DNA of 64,000 bases from Octopus vulgaris (lineage: Eukaryota), in assembly GCA_951406725.2 (NCBI GenBank), contig OX597822.1, positions 63,922,001 to 63,986,000 on the forward strand, read 5' to 3'. Positions 39,071 through 51,705 of the stretch are shown here, in pieces. The stretch's first letter is position 1. The number at the start of each line of letters is the position of its first letter. Below the pieces are notes generated by a model, which was not told the DNA's origin, did no database searches, and worked only from the letters and a program-made list of their open reading frames with translations. The translations under genes and the position numbers were made by a program.

Positions 39071-39707
39071 AAGGCAGCGAGCTGGCAGAAACGTTAGCAT
39101 GCTGGGCGAAATGCTTAGCGGTATTTCGCCTGCCGCTACGTTCTGAGTTCAAATTCTACCGAGGTTGACTTTGCCTTTCATCTTTTCGGGGTCGATTAAA
39201 TAAGTACCAGTTACGCACTGGGGTCGATGTAATTGACTTAATCCATTTGTCTGTCCTTGTTTGTCCTCTCTGTGTTTAGCCTCTTGTGGGTAGTAAAGAA
39301 ATAGGTATTTCCTCTGGCGTTGTGTTCTGAGTTAAAATTCCGCCAAGGTCGACTTTGCCTTTCATCCTTTCGGGGTTGATAAATTAAGTATCAGTTACGC
39401 ACTTGGGTCAATCTAATCGACTTAGTTCCTTTATCTGACCTTGTTTGTCCCTTCTATGTTTAGCCCCTTGTGGGCAGTAAAGAAATAAACGTTAGCATGC
39501 CGGACGAAATACTTAGCGGTATTTCGTCCGTCTCTTTAAGTTCTGAGTTCAAATTCCACCGAAGTTGACTTTGCCTTTCATCCTTTCGGGGATGGGGGGG
39601 GCAATAAATCACGGACCAGCTGTGTACTGTGTGTATGTGTGAGGGGGATCTAATCAACTGGCCCCCTACCCCCAAATTTCGGACCTTGTGCCTAGAGTAG
39701 AAAAGAA
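39071..39707 (+). mobile_element. tRNA-derived SINE family 4 with three tandem internal units
   Basis: Head ggcagcgagctggcagaaacgttagc. The unit ggtatttc...gttctgagttcaaattcc...tagtaaagaaata recurs at ~39120, ~39304 and ~39518. Confidence 0.8.
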
Positions 39708-39949
39708 TATATGGTGGTAACAACGATCGTGTTAGAAAGAAACAAGAAGATGGGGTTAGTATAGGCGATAGCAAGCAGTTAATGTGGTAGCGGTGGTGGT
39801 GGTTTGGCAGATAGAGTAGTAGATAATGGTGATAATGAAAACTGTGTAGTAGATGAGATGAGAATTAAGTGCAGCAGCTGTGGTGGTGTTGGAAACTGTG
39901 TATGGTGGGCGATGGTGGTAGTGTGTGGCAGTGGTGGCATTGAAAACAG

Positions 39950-40215
39950 AGCATGGTAGGCAATGGGGACAGTAGTAATAGTAATGGTTGCTGTGATAGT
40001 AGTAGTGGTGGTGGTGGTAGTAGTAATAGCGGTGGTGGTGGTGGTAGCAGTAGCAGTAATAGTGGTGATGGTAGTAGCAGTAATAGTGGTGGTGGTAGTA
40101 GCAGTAATAGTGGTGGTGGTAGTAGTAGTAGTAATAGTGGTGATGGTAGTTGTGATGGTAATATTAGTGGTGGTGGCGGTGGTAGTGGTGGTAGTAGTAG
40201 TAGTAGCAGTGAGGC
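39950..40215. repeat. (GTA/GTG/GCA)n trinucleotide low-complexity tract
   Basis: Cryptic trinucleotide repeats in a strongly G-skewed region. Confidence 0.85.
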
Positions 40216-40925
40216 GGTGGTGTTAGGAACCTGTGTATAGTAGGCAGCGAGTGGTGACAGTATGTGTGGTAGTAGCAGTGATGCTGCAGTTGTGACAGCC
40301 AGTGGTGCTGCGGATGATGAAGTTAACAAGGAAGAGAGATGGGGAAGACGGGGTGGGGTGGGGGGAGGGGGGGGGGGGGGGGGGCAAGAAGGAAAATGGT
40401 AAGCTATCATCACTCAGCTGATAAGGATGTCTGTAATTCCAGAAAGAGATGAGGTTGGGTGGGAGTGTGGAGGATGGGGGGCTGTCTTACATGGGTGGTA
40501 GTGATAGCAGTGGGTGGTGGTGGTGGTGGTGGTGGTGGTGGTGGGACAGTTAGGGTCTTGAAGGTAGTATTGAGATGGGTGAGTGGGTTAAAATAGAAGT
40601 AAGGGTGCTGTTAAGGGTGACAGTGGAATGTACAGGAGAATTCTGTGAGAGGAGCAGTATTGTAGTAAGAGTGGTAGTGAGAGATGATAATGTGGAGGGG
40701 AAGAGGAAGGACAAGTGGGATATTGTGCAGAGGTGGCAGTGGCAGGGGTACAAAGTGATGAGACAGGTGGTTAATAATGATGTGGGGTTGGGATAGAGTA
40801 GCAAAAATGGTGTAAAGTAGTGGCTTTCAACCAGGGCCCCGTATGGCCCTTACCGATCCATATCAGATTTTGTTATTAAAATTTGTGAAATAAATTGTTT
40901 ATATTTCTACAATACACAAAATATT

Positions 40926-41300
40926 ACTCTTTTACTTGTTTCAGTCATTTGACTGCAGCCATGCTGGAGCACCGCCTTTAGTTGAGCAAATCGACTCCAG
41001 GACTTATTCTTTGTAAGCCCAGTACTTATTCTATCGGTCCCTTTTGCTGAACTGCTAATTTACTGGGATGTAAACACACCAGCATCGGTTGTCAAGCAAT
41101 GATGTGGGGACAAACATACACATATATACATATATACGATGGGCTTGTTTCAGTTTCCGTCAACCAAATCCACATCTCAAGGCTTTGGTCAGCCAGAGGC
41201 TATAGTAGAAGACACTTGCCCAAGGTGTCACGCAGAGGGACCGAACCGGGAACCATGTGGCTGGTAAGCAAGCTACTTACTACACAGGCACTCCTGCGCC
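40926..41300 (-). mobile_element. SINE family 1
   Basis: Full-length reverse copy. Confidence 0.87.
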
Positions 41301-42564
41301 TTAAAAATTTTTTTATATTCAATTCTTAAAAAAGTAAATAAAGAGCTTCCCTTTGGTCATGAATGACCATGGGATTGCAACTAGAAAGTTACCCTCTGAG
41401 GCACAAGTCTGGGTAAGGTTGTTTATGGAAGAACAGCAGTCGCCCATGCATACCAACTTCCCCTCTCCATGCCACAGATATTATCCAAAGAAAAGGCAAA
41501 AGCAGAAACAGCTTGGCACCAGTGATGCTGCAACTCGTTTCTACAGTGGCCACTTTGAAGAATTTTAGTTGAATGAATTGACCCCAGTACATTTATTTTC
41601 TTTTTCAAAGCCTAGTACTTATTTTATTGGTCTCTTTTGTTGAACTGCTATGTTATAGGAACATAAACACACCAACACCGGATGTCAAGCAGTGGTGGGG
41701 AATAAACACAGACAAAATGACTAACACACACATACTATGGGTTGCTTTCAGTTTCTGTCAATCAGATCCGCTCACAAGGATTATGGTTGGCCCAAAACTA
41801 CAGTAAAAGACATTTGCCCACAATGCCACATGGTGGAACTGAACCCGGAACCATGTGGTCGGGAAGCAAATTTCATACTACACAGCCACTTTCTATTTAC
41901 ACTATCCAATGTGACCTTGTATTTTTAAGGTGCTTAGGTGTGCTTTGTGAGATACTTGGTTGCTGCTACTCATGGGGACCCCCACTTAGCAAGGGAGGTG
42001 GTTGGGAAAAATGAGGCAGGTGACAGTGGTGTGGAGGTTGGTAGTGGGAGAGGATTGCAATAGAGGGTGGTGTGGTGGTGGTGAAAAAAGTGTGGTGCGA
42101 GGGGAGGAGCCGATAAAAAAGACAGGAACTACACTTAACTGGACAGGAAATTTTGCTAATTTAATTCAGCCCCATTGGGTCTTGAAGTGGAGTGGGTGAA
42201 GAGTACAGGTGGGCTATTTGATTACAGGTAAGTTGCAAATAACAGGTAAGGTGTAACTAACAACATGTCAATCATATGTAACTAATCACTGCATTATTGC
42301 TCCTATCTGTTTCTTTTCACATTCACTTGAAGGCGCATACACACACGCACATACAAACAAGGAATTGCAGGCCCAAGTGCACATCTCTCTCTGCAATTTG
42401 CCACAGAGGCATCAGATGATGGGGACATTCCAAGGACAGTATAGTCAGGTTCAGTCCCATGGCATAGCACCCTGGGCAAGTGTCTTCTACTGTAGCCCCA
42501 AACTGAGCAATGACTCATGAGTGAATTTAGTAGACGGAAACTGTGTGAAACCTGTCATACATTA

Positions 42565-43290
42565 CATCATCATCACTTAATGCCCGTTTTCCATGCTGGT
42601 ATGGGTTCGACAGTTTGATAGGAACTGGCCAGCAGTAAAGCTTCTTGGGCTTCATGTCTGTTTTGGCACAGTTTCTACCATCAGATGCCCTTCTTAATAC
42701 CAACCACTTTACAGAGCACACTGGGATTTTTGTTTTGTTTGTTCCTTCTCGAGCCATGCCTGGCTCATAAGGGCCGTTTTCCCGGTTTCCTTGGCGTATA
42801 GGTTTCCCACCTGGACGGGACGCTAGTCCGTCGCAGGTGTGCTGCAAGATGCAGGAGGAAAGAGTGAGAGAAAGTTGTGGCGAAAGAGTCAGCAGAAGTT
42901 CGCCATTACCTTCTGCTGAAGCCGCATGGAGCTTAGGTGTTTCGCTCATAGACACACACATCGCCTGATCTGAGATTTTAACCCACGATCCCTCGACTGC
43001 CTGTCCACTGCTTTAACTACTAGGCCATGTGCCTCCACACTGGGTGCTTCTACACTTTACTGACACGGGTGCATTTATGCGGTACCAGTACAGGTGATTT
43101 GTATGTGGCACCAGTAAGCATGAGCACACAAGATTAGGAACCCTCAGCTAGAGAGGGATGCACGGGACATGCAAAGGATAACCATGCTTTAACTTAGCTT
43201 GATGTGTTTTCTCAAGCATGGCAAAATGCCATGAGTTTTAGGCCCTTGCCATCCCCTTTTGTGAGGCCCAACATCTGTAGATCCTTCTAC
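42565..43290 (-). mobile_element. RTE-B LINE 3' end interrupted by a SINE
   Basis: (CAT)n tail at 42565. The minus strand near 43290-43190 reads KDLQMLGLTK...WHFAMLEKTHQAK across a frameshift. Confidence 0.65.
42738..43038 (-). mobile_element. tRNA-derived SINE with a family 2-like body and a family 3b-like tail
   Basis: The body acacctaagctcc...caactttctctcactcttt is shared with 20811-21185. The tail gtccaggtggg...ggcccttatgag...gagaagg is shared with 27668-27898. Confidence 0.75.
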
Positions 43291-45401
43291 GAAGTCACTC
43301 AAAGAACTCAGAAAGGCACGAAATAAAACCCAACTGACAGCCAGACGCTGTGCAAATAGGTATTGGCAGGAAATCTGTCAGAGTATCCAGTCAGCTGCTG
43401 ACGGGAGCGACACCCGTGGGATGCATGCCGGTTTGAAGAAGGCCCTCGGTCCATCCGCAACCAAGTCAGCCCTTCTGAAATCAACTACTGGAGATCTCAT
43501 CAGGGATCAAAGTAAGCAAATGGATAGATGGGTGGAGCACTACCAAGATCTCTACTCACGGGAGACTACAGTGGCTGAGGCTGCAGTTGAGAGTGTCAAG
43601 ATCTTGCCAGTCATGTGCGAACTTGACATCCGCCATCTATAGCAGAGCTCACCAAGGCTGTTGACTCCCAAGCAAGAAACAAGGCTCCGGGAAAAGACGG
43701 CATCCCCTCAGAGATCATCAAAGCCGGCAAAAACACCATCCTGCTTCGGCACCTTCATGAGCACCTGTGTCAGTGCTGGGAAGAGTCCCTCAAGATATGC
43801 GGGATGCTAACATCATTACGCTTTACAAAATCAAAGGTGACCGTGGTGATTGTAACAATTACCGTGGAATATCTTTTCTAAGCACTGTTGGAAAGACCTT
43901 TGCCCGTGTTATCTTGGCCAGGCTACAACTACTTGCTTCTCGAATCTATCCGGAATCGCAGTGTGGCTTTAGAAGAAGCAGATCAACTATCGATATGATA
44001 TTCTCCATACGCCAACTTCAGGAGAAGTCCAGAGAGCAGAAAATGCCATTATATATGGCCTTCATTGATCTAACAAAGGCCTTTGACTCGGTAAGCAGAA
44101 CAGGCCTCTTCATCCTGCTCCAAAAAATCAGATGTCCACCTAAGCTGCTGAGGATCATCAAGTCTTTCCATGAAGACATGCAAGGCACCATACAGCACAA
44201 CGGTTCAACATCAGCCGCCTTCCAAATAAAAAACGGGGTAAAGCAAGGTTGTGTCCTCACTCCTACATTGTTTGGCATCTTCTTCTCGCTCTTACTCTCA
44301 CATGCCTTTCAGACATCAGATGATGGAGTGTTTCTGCACAGTAGAAGTGACGGGAAACTGTTCAGTTTCTCGCGCCTGCGTGCCAAGACCAAAATCAGAA
44401 ATGCCGCTCTGGTATCACACACAGAAGAAGCCCTCCAAAGGCTCATTAACTGTTTTGAGCAAGCATGTAACGACTTTGGCTTAGCTATCAGCCTTAAGAA
44501 GACCAACATCATGGGTCAGGCTACATCGGACATCCCAAACATACATATTGGAGACCACAGATTACAAGAGGTGGAGAAGTTTACCTATCTTGGCTCTACC
44601 GTCACCTACAACCTATCCCTTGACGCTGAGCTCAATATACGCATTGGCAAGGCAGCTGCTGCGATGGCCCAACTCTCCAAACGGGCTTGGGACAACAATA
44701 AGCTGACCAAGACCACGAAAATGAAGATCTACCAGGCATGTGTACTTAGCACTCTACTGTATGGAAGTGAGACTTGGATGCTATACACACGCCAAGAGCG
44801 TCGCCTAAACATCTTTAACCTACGCTGCCTCCGGAAAATCCTCCGCATCAAATGGCAGAATCATATCCCCAACAAAGATGTCTTCAAGCAAGCAGGAATA
44901 CCAAGCATGTTTGCACTCCTCACACAAAGACGTATGAGATGGCTTGGGCATGTTAGCCGTATGAAAGATGGCAGAATCCCCAAGGACATACTCCACGGAG
45001 AGCTTGCTAGGGGTACTAGGTCTGTGGGTAGACCGTTCTTACGTTACAAGGATGTTTGCAAAAGGGACATGAAGGCCTACAACATCAATATTAGCGGTTG
45101 GGAGGCAGTTGCCAGCAACCGTGGAGACTGGCGACGTACCGTAAAAGAGGGAATACAAAGGAGTGACAGAGAGAGAGGGAGAAATGGAAAGACAAGAAAA
45201 GACGTCAACAAGAAACTATGGCATTACAACCAGCCAGGAACAGTCTTCGCTACATTTGCGGTACCTGCCAGAGGGAGTGTTTGTCCAGGATAGGACTACA
45301 CAGCCACAGCAGGAAAATGTATCAGGACATGAAATGTAAAAGCCGGACTAGACTACTTTATGCGCAACTCCATTGTCTCCTGAGACAAAAAGGATGCCAA
45401 C

Positions 45402-45404
<3 letters not shown>
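43291..45404 (+). mobile_element. 5'-truncated RTE-clade LINE (family A), inactive
   Basis: RT motifs KAPGKDGI, KGDRGDCNNYRGIS, PESQCGFR, FIDLTKAFDSV, GVKQGCVL and FTYLGS; C-terminal CGTCQREC..RIGLHSH; 3' hairpin and (CAA) tail. Frameshifts occur near 43630, 43670, 43785 and ~45180. Confidence 0.93.
43767..45293 (+). pseudogene. RTE LINE reverse transcriptase ORF remnant lacking the (Y/F)ADD catalytic motif
   Basis: 508-aa ORF with RT motifs. It reads RAKTKIRNAALVSH where RTEs normally have ...LLFADDAAL... Confidence 0.85.
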
Positions 45405-45457
<53 letters not shown>

Positions 45458-45479
45458 CACACACACACACATATATATA

Positions 45480-45633
45480 TACAACAAGTTTCTTTCAGTT
45501 TCCGTCTACCAAATCCACTCACAAGGCTTTGGTCGGCCTGAGGCTATAGTAGAAGACAAGGTGCTGCGCAGTGGGAATTAACCCTGTAACCATGTGGTTG
45601 GTAAGCAAACTACTTACCAAACAGCCACTCCTG
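45480..45633 (-). mobile_element. SINE family 1, 5' half only, abutting the LINE tail through (TA)n
   Basis: Matches the head of 13690-14097. Confidence 0.8.
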
Positions 45634-45940
45634 TTTTAAAATTTGGCACAATAAATACACTTGCCCAAACTGAATTGCTGGAATTATTTCATTTTTACTA
45701 GAAAAATATTTTAAAAAAGTTATAGAACTTCAAAGCTTGATCGTTTTCACCCAATCAGGAAACAGGATTTGGAAGATGTCATTTTGTGCATGACTGCACA
45801 TTTTAACTGACAATATCAGATTTGTCTGACTATAAGCCTTTAAGACAAGTGCCCCAGTATGGCCCTGGAAACTGTGTATGGTGGGCGATGGTGACAGTAT
45901 GTGTGGCAGCAGTACTGGAAGTACAAGTAGGAAGTAATAG

Positions 45941-46083
45941 ATACTACTACTACTACTACCACTACTACTACTACCACTACTGCTGCTGCAATACTACTAC
46001 TACTATCACTACCACAACTCCTACTACTACTACTACTACCACCACCACTGCCATCACTACTACTACTACTACTACTACTACTA
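45941..46083. repeat. (CTA/CCA)n microsatellite
   Basis: Imperfect trinucleotide run. Confidence 0.9.
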
Positions 46084-46565
46084 AGTGTGTCATGGGATCT
46101 GAACCCTTGAACTTTCCTCAGTTAGTAGCATTTGTTACCTTTCTAGACTCAGACATCTGCAAACTCCTTCCTGTACAACACAATTAATATCTTCCTCCAA
46201 CCCTTATTTCACTGCTAGCAGCCCTTTCTTCCTATCTTTGCTTTTTTTTTAATTTTATTTTTTAAACCCCTTCTTCCTCCCTCCCTCCCTCCCTCCCTCT
46301 CCTGTCTCTTTCACTTCTTCTAGCCTTGGTGGAGGGAGAAAGGAAAGAAAGCTGACCACCTTTTTATTTCTATGGTTTTCATTTCTATAGCAAAGGAATT
46401 TGTGCTGAAGGCTGTGTACATGTGTGATGTCTGTGTCTTCATTTCTGTTGTGTTGTTTAACCCTAGGTCAGTCCTGATCAAGCAGAGCTACATAATAATC
46501 AAAGGCGTTTCTGCTGTGAGCATCTCCTCTTATTTTCAGGCATGGTGCATAAAAGAACTACATCA

Positions 46566-46927
46566 GGCGCAGGAGTGGCTGTGTGGTAAGTAGCTTGCTA
46601 ACCAACCACATGGTTCCGGGTTCAGTCCCACTGCTTGGCATCTTGGGCAAGTGTCTTCCGCTATAGCCCCGGGCCGACCAATGCCTTGTGAGTGGATTTG
46701 GTAGACGGAAACTGAAAGAAGCCTGTCGTATATATGTATATATATGTATATATATATATGTACGCGTGTGTGTTTGTACCCCTAGCATTGCTTGACAACC
46801 GATGCTGGTGTGTTTACATCCCCGTCATTTAGCGGTTTGGCAAAAGAGACCGATACAATAAGTACTGGGCTTACAAAGAATAAGTCCCGGGGTCGATTTG
46901 CTTGACTAAAGGCGGTGCTCCAGCATG
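46566..46927 (+). mobile_element. SINE family 1 (3'-truncated)
   Basis: Intact head ggcgcaggagtggctgtgtgg. Confidence 0.87.
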
Positions 46928-47284
46928 AGTAAAATGCAGTGCTCCAGCTTGTCTGGATAAGCAGGACTTCCAAATATTGACTCTGACTAAGACAACCTGT
47001 CCAACCCATGCCAACACAGAAAGTAAATAGAAAACAATGATGGTGCCATGTAAAAAGCACCCAGAACACACTGTAAAGTGGGTGGCGTTAAGAAGGGCAA
47101 CTGGCTGTAGAAACCATGCCAGAGCAGACAAATGGCGTTTGGTGCAGCTCCCTCGTTTGCCAGCTCCTGCCGAATCATCCTATCTATACAAGGATGGTAA
47201 ACGCATGTTACATGATGATGATGATGACATACATACATACACACACAAACACATTCTGTATATGCAATTGATTATGTGTGTGTG

Positions 47285-47917
47285 TGCATATATATATATA
47301 TATGCATGTATTTGCATATATATATACATATATATATATGCATGTATGTATTTGCATATATATATACATATATATATATGCATGTATGTATTTGCATATA
47401 TATATATATGTATGTATGTATTTATATATTATATATATATATATATGTATGTATTTATATATTATATATATATGTATGTATTTATATATTATATATATAT
47501 ATATGTATGTATTTATATATTATATATATATATATGTATGTATTTATATATTATATATATATATATGTATGTATTTATATATTATATATGTATATATGTA
47601 TGTATTTATATATTATATATATATATATGTATGTATTTATATATATTATATATATATATATGTATGTATTTATATATTATATATATATATATGTATGTAT
47701 TTATATATTATATATATATATATATGTATGTATTTATATATTATATATATATATATATGTATGTATTTATATATTATATATATATATATATGTATGTATT
47801 TATATATTATATATATATATATGTATGTATTTATATATTATATATATATATATGTATGTATTTATATATTATATATATATATGTATGTATTTATATATAT
47901 ATATATATATATGTATG

Positions 47918-47956
<39 letters not shown>

Positions 47957-48123
47957 ATATATGTATGTATTTATATATTATATATATATATGTATGTATT
48001 TATATATTATATATATATATGTATGTATTTATATATTATATATATATATGTATGTATTTATATATTATATATATATATGTATGTATTTATATATTATATA
48101 TATATATATATGTATTTATATAT

Positions 48124-48190
<67 letters not shown>

Positions 48191-48195
48191 ATATA
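47285..48195. repeat. Compound AT-rich minisatellite, unit tgtatgtatttatatat(ta)n, ~25 variable-length units
   Basis: A constant core alternates with variable (TA)n. The tract has almost no C. Confidence 0.95.
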
Positions 48196-48387
48196 CACAC
48201 ACATACTACACCACAAAACTACAAATATATCCTTGAAGCAGCTGCGCATACATACATGTGTATATGTGCTGGAGACCCAGAAGGATTAGCAGGGTAAAGC
48301 AAGAAAATAAATCTGCATTGGGAATAAATAATTTTCTTAATTAGGCATGAAGCCCAACAATAACATTGGCAAATAGATGGTGACAAC

Positions 48388-48425
<38 letters not shown>

Positions 48426-48884
48426 CAGTGATGATGGCATCCTCACTTGTGTGTTGATGGTGGTGGAGGATGATGGTGAGGTGGTGGGGGTGAACAACAT
48501 TTGTCAGACAAACAACTGTAAAAAGGGATTGGAAAACTTTGTGAAGATTATCACATTGAGAGAGGGAGATTGAGAGAGGGAGATTGAGAGAGGGAGAAAG
48601 AGAGGAGTGTGGACAAAGGAAAGATGAAGAAGGAGAAAGAGAGAAGGAGTATGGACAAAGAAAGATGAGGATGGAGAAAGAGAAAAGTAATGTAGGAAGA
48701 AAGAATTCCTTTAGGAACCATGATAAAATGACCAAAGATATCTTTGACAGTGAGATGTCATTTACTGACTGATAAGAAGAAAGCAGACAGGAAAATAATC
48801 CTTTTCAACAGACAGATCAGGCAGCAAGAATTGGACAGATTGGAATTTCATTAGAGAGAGAAGACTTAATATTTCAACATTTTT

Positions 48885-48915
<31 letters not shown>

Positions 48916-49303
48916 CACCCCTACACACAAAAACAGTTCCAAAGACAAATTCTTTCATAAAAATACCTCCTTCCTCTCTCTTTCACACACACACACACAC
49001 ACATACACTGTGTATCTCTCTCTTACTCACACATACATGCACTCTGCATCTCCCTCTCTCGCTCTTTCATCCATGAAAATCAAACAGATTCTTCAAAAAC
49101 ACTGAATGAATAAAATTGCGGAGTAATTTGTTTCTGTAATGAATTTGATTTCACTAATTTTTAATTTAATATATTTAAAAAGAAAAAAGAAAAATAATGT
49201 AGCAAGGGAACATGGATGTACATGTGCATGAGTGTGCATACTAGAAACAAAAATAGAGGGGAAAAGGGGAGTGGTGGACACTGGACACGCTTATAATTAT
49301 AGA

Positions 49304-49354
<51 letters not shown>

Positions 49355-49994
49355 TCTGTGTGCATGTCTATGTGTCTGTGTCTCTGATCTCAATTACATC
49401 ATTACTTGATAGCTGGCGCTGATTTGTTTACATCCCTGTAACTTAGCAATTCAACAAAAGAGAACAATAGAATAAATATCAAATAAAAAATAAAAGTATA
49501 AATATCAACATTGATTTGTTTGACTAAAACTCTGCATGGCCGCAGTGCAATGACAGAAACAAGTAAAATGTAAAAGATAATCCACATCAACCACTAGAAT
49601 TCTTCATTTCTATTGGTGCAACATGAAATAAAGTGCCTTGCTCAAGAACACAATACACAGCCCAGTTTTACTATTGGGTGCATCTCTGAGCGGGCCAAAG
49701 ACTTGAAAATGGATTTGGTAGATGGAAACTGAAAAACCCATTGTGTGAGAGTGTGTTTGTGAGTGTATACTTGTCTTGATATTATGTGAAGGCTGTAAAT
49801 GAGCATCACCCTCATACATGCGAGGTTGTTTGTTTCCAGTTTTTCATGCAAAGCATGTCAGACCATGGGGGAAATATTATCATAATTGAAAACAGGTGAG
49901 AGTTGGCAGCGGAAAGGGCCATCTCGCCACAGAAAATCTGCCTCAACAAAATTTCGACTGATCCAGGCAAGCATGGGCAAGTGGACATTAAAAC

Positions 49995-50135
49995 AATGGT
50001 GATGGCAATGATAATGATGATGATGATATTGATGTTGATGATGGTGATGATGTTGATGATGGTGATGATGTTGATGATGGTGGTGATGTTGATGATGGTG
50101 GTGATGTTGATGATGGTGGTGATGGTAGTGATATA
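49995..50135. repeat. (GAT/GGT/GTT)n repeat with an 18-bp superperiod
   Basis: gttgatgatggtgatgat repeats about 5 times. Confidence 0.9.
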
Positions 50136-50180
50136 TTGAACTCATGTTTAATATGTTAAGACAGATGAAAGAAATGAGAG

Positions 50181-50222
<42 letters not shown>

Positions 50223-50950
50223 ATGAGAAGATGAAAGAAAATGTACAACAGCAGAAATTTAAGGATCTATTGGTCTTTGTAACAATGGTATCGTTGTTGC
50301 AACGAGAATTGTTCTTGTGTTCTACATCATTCCGACTCAACCCCTGCAACTCATTAGGAATCACATGACGATAACGATAACGAAGAACTAGATAGACTCT
50401 TGTGAAGAAGTGTGGCATCATTGATTACGTGTATCAGAACATATCTTTACAACTACTGATGAAAGAGGGAGAAGGCCTGGGAGGTGGAGGCGGTTAACAA
50501 CAACAAAGACAACAGCAGCAACAACAACAACAAAAGAACCAATAACAGTAATTACTACAAAATGTAATACTGATGGTTGTATTCTTAAAAGTAGCAAGCA
50601 GGTTCGCCCCGAGGTGAAATTAGTTATCATTGTGTAAAAACTAATAAAAGTTAATTAAATGGAATACAAGATGAGAAATGAGATGAGGGAGCGTGGATGA
50701 GAGAAATGATGTAAGCAGAGTTTAGTGCATTTGTGTGTGTGTTTGATAATGAGAAGAATATCTCGTAGGGTGGCGGGTTCAGAGTCTAACATACCTGCTG
50801 CAGTGGTACTGCAGTGGTATGGCAGTGCTACTGCAGTGGTATGGCAGTGGTAGAAGGTAGTATTAACCACTATGATAGAAGCATGCAAAGATAAAGTGTA
50901 CAGGAGAGTGAAATATACTGGAGCTGGATGAATATAGGACAAAGACTTGG

Positions 50951-51360
50951 GTCTCTCTTTGCCCAGGAAGAAGGCTCCCTCTATGTGGTCACTTGACTTG
51001 CAAGAAATAGCAATCAAATTCCTTACAAATTGCACCTGAACATGTTAAAAAAATCAAAAGGTTCTCTTTGTCAATGAAGAAGGCCACCTATTGTGGTCAT
51101 TTGATCTGCTAGAAATAGCAATCAAATTCCTTACAAATTGCACCTGAACATGTTAAAAAAAATGGTCTCTTTGTTAATGAAGAAGGTTACCTGTTGTGAC
51201 CATTTGAGTTGCTAGAAATAGCAATCAAACTCTTTACAAAGTGCACCCTATCATCTTTAAAAATAATCTCTTTGCTTATAAAGATGACCACCTATTGTGG
51301 TCATTTGATCTGCTAGAAATAGCAATGAAATTCTCTGCAAACTGCACCTTATCATCTAAA
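50951..51360. repeat. Four diverged ~105-bp tandem units of an old dispersed repeat
   Basis: tgtggtca.ttga..tgc.agaaatagcaat.aaa occurs at ~50983, 51092, 51194 and 51296. The same motif is dispersed at ~38445, 57080, 58190, 60215 and 62335. Confidence 0.85.
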
Positions 51361-51512
51361 AATGGGGGGTTAAAAAAGGGATAATGTATACCTTGATACA
51401 TTGTCTGAAAATAAAATGGGATGATCATGGTTGGAGTGCATTGGTAATGAGGTTGACTTGATTACAGATGATCTAGGGCTAAACAACAACAATTGACAGC
51501 AACAACAATGAC

Positions 51513-51669
51513 AAGTAGCTTGCTTACGAACCACATGGTCCCGGGTTCAGCCCCACTGCACGACACTTTGGGCAAGTGTCTTCTACTATAGCATCAGACC
51601 GACCAAAGCCTTGTGAGTGGATTTGGTAGATGAAAACTGAAAACAGCCCGTCGTATATATGTATGTGTA

Positions 51670-51705
<36 letters not shown>

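Noticed and set aside
39865-40413. Pro/Leu-rich and Gly/Ser-rich ORFs
   Set aside because: Trinucleotide low-complexity sequence.
47037-48297. 337-399 aa Tyr/Ile-rich ORFs
   Set aside because: Artefacts of the (TA)n/TATG minisatellite.
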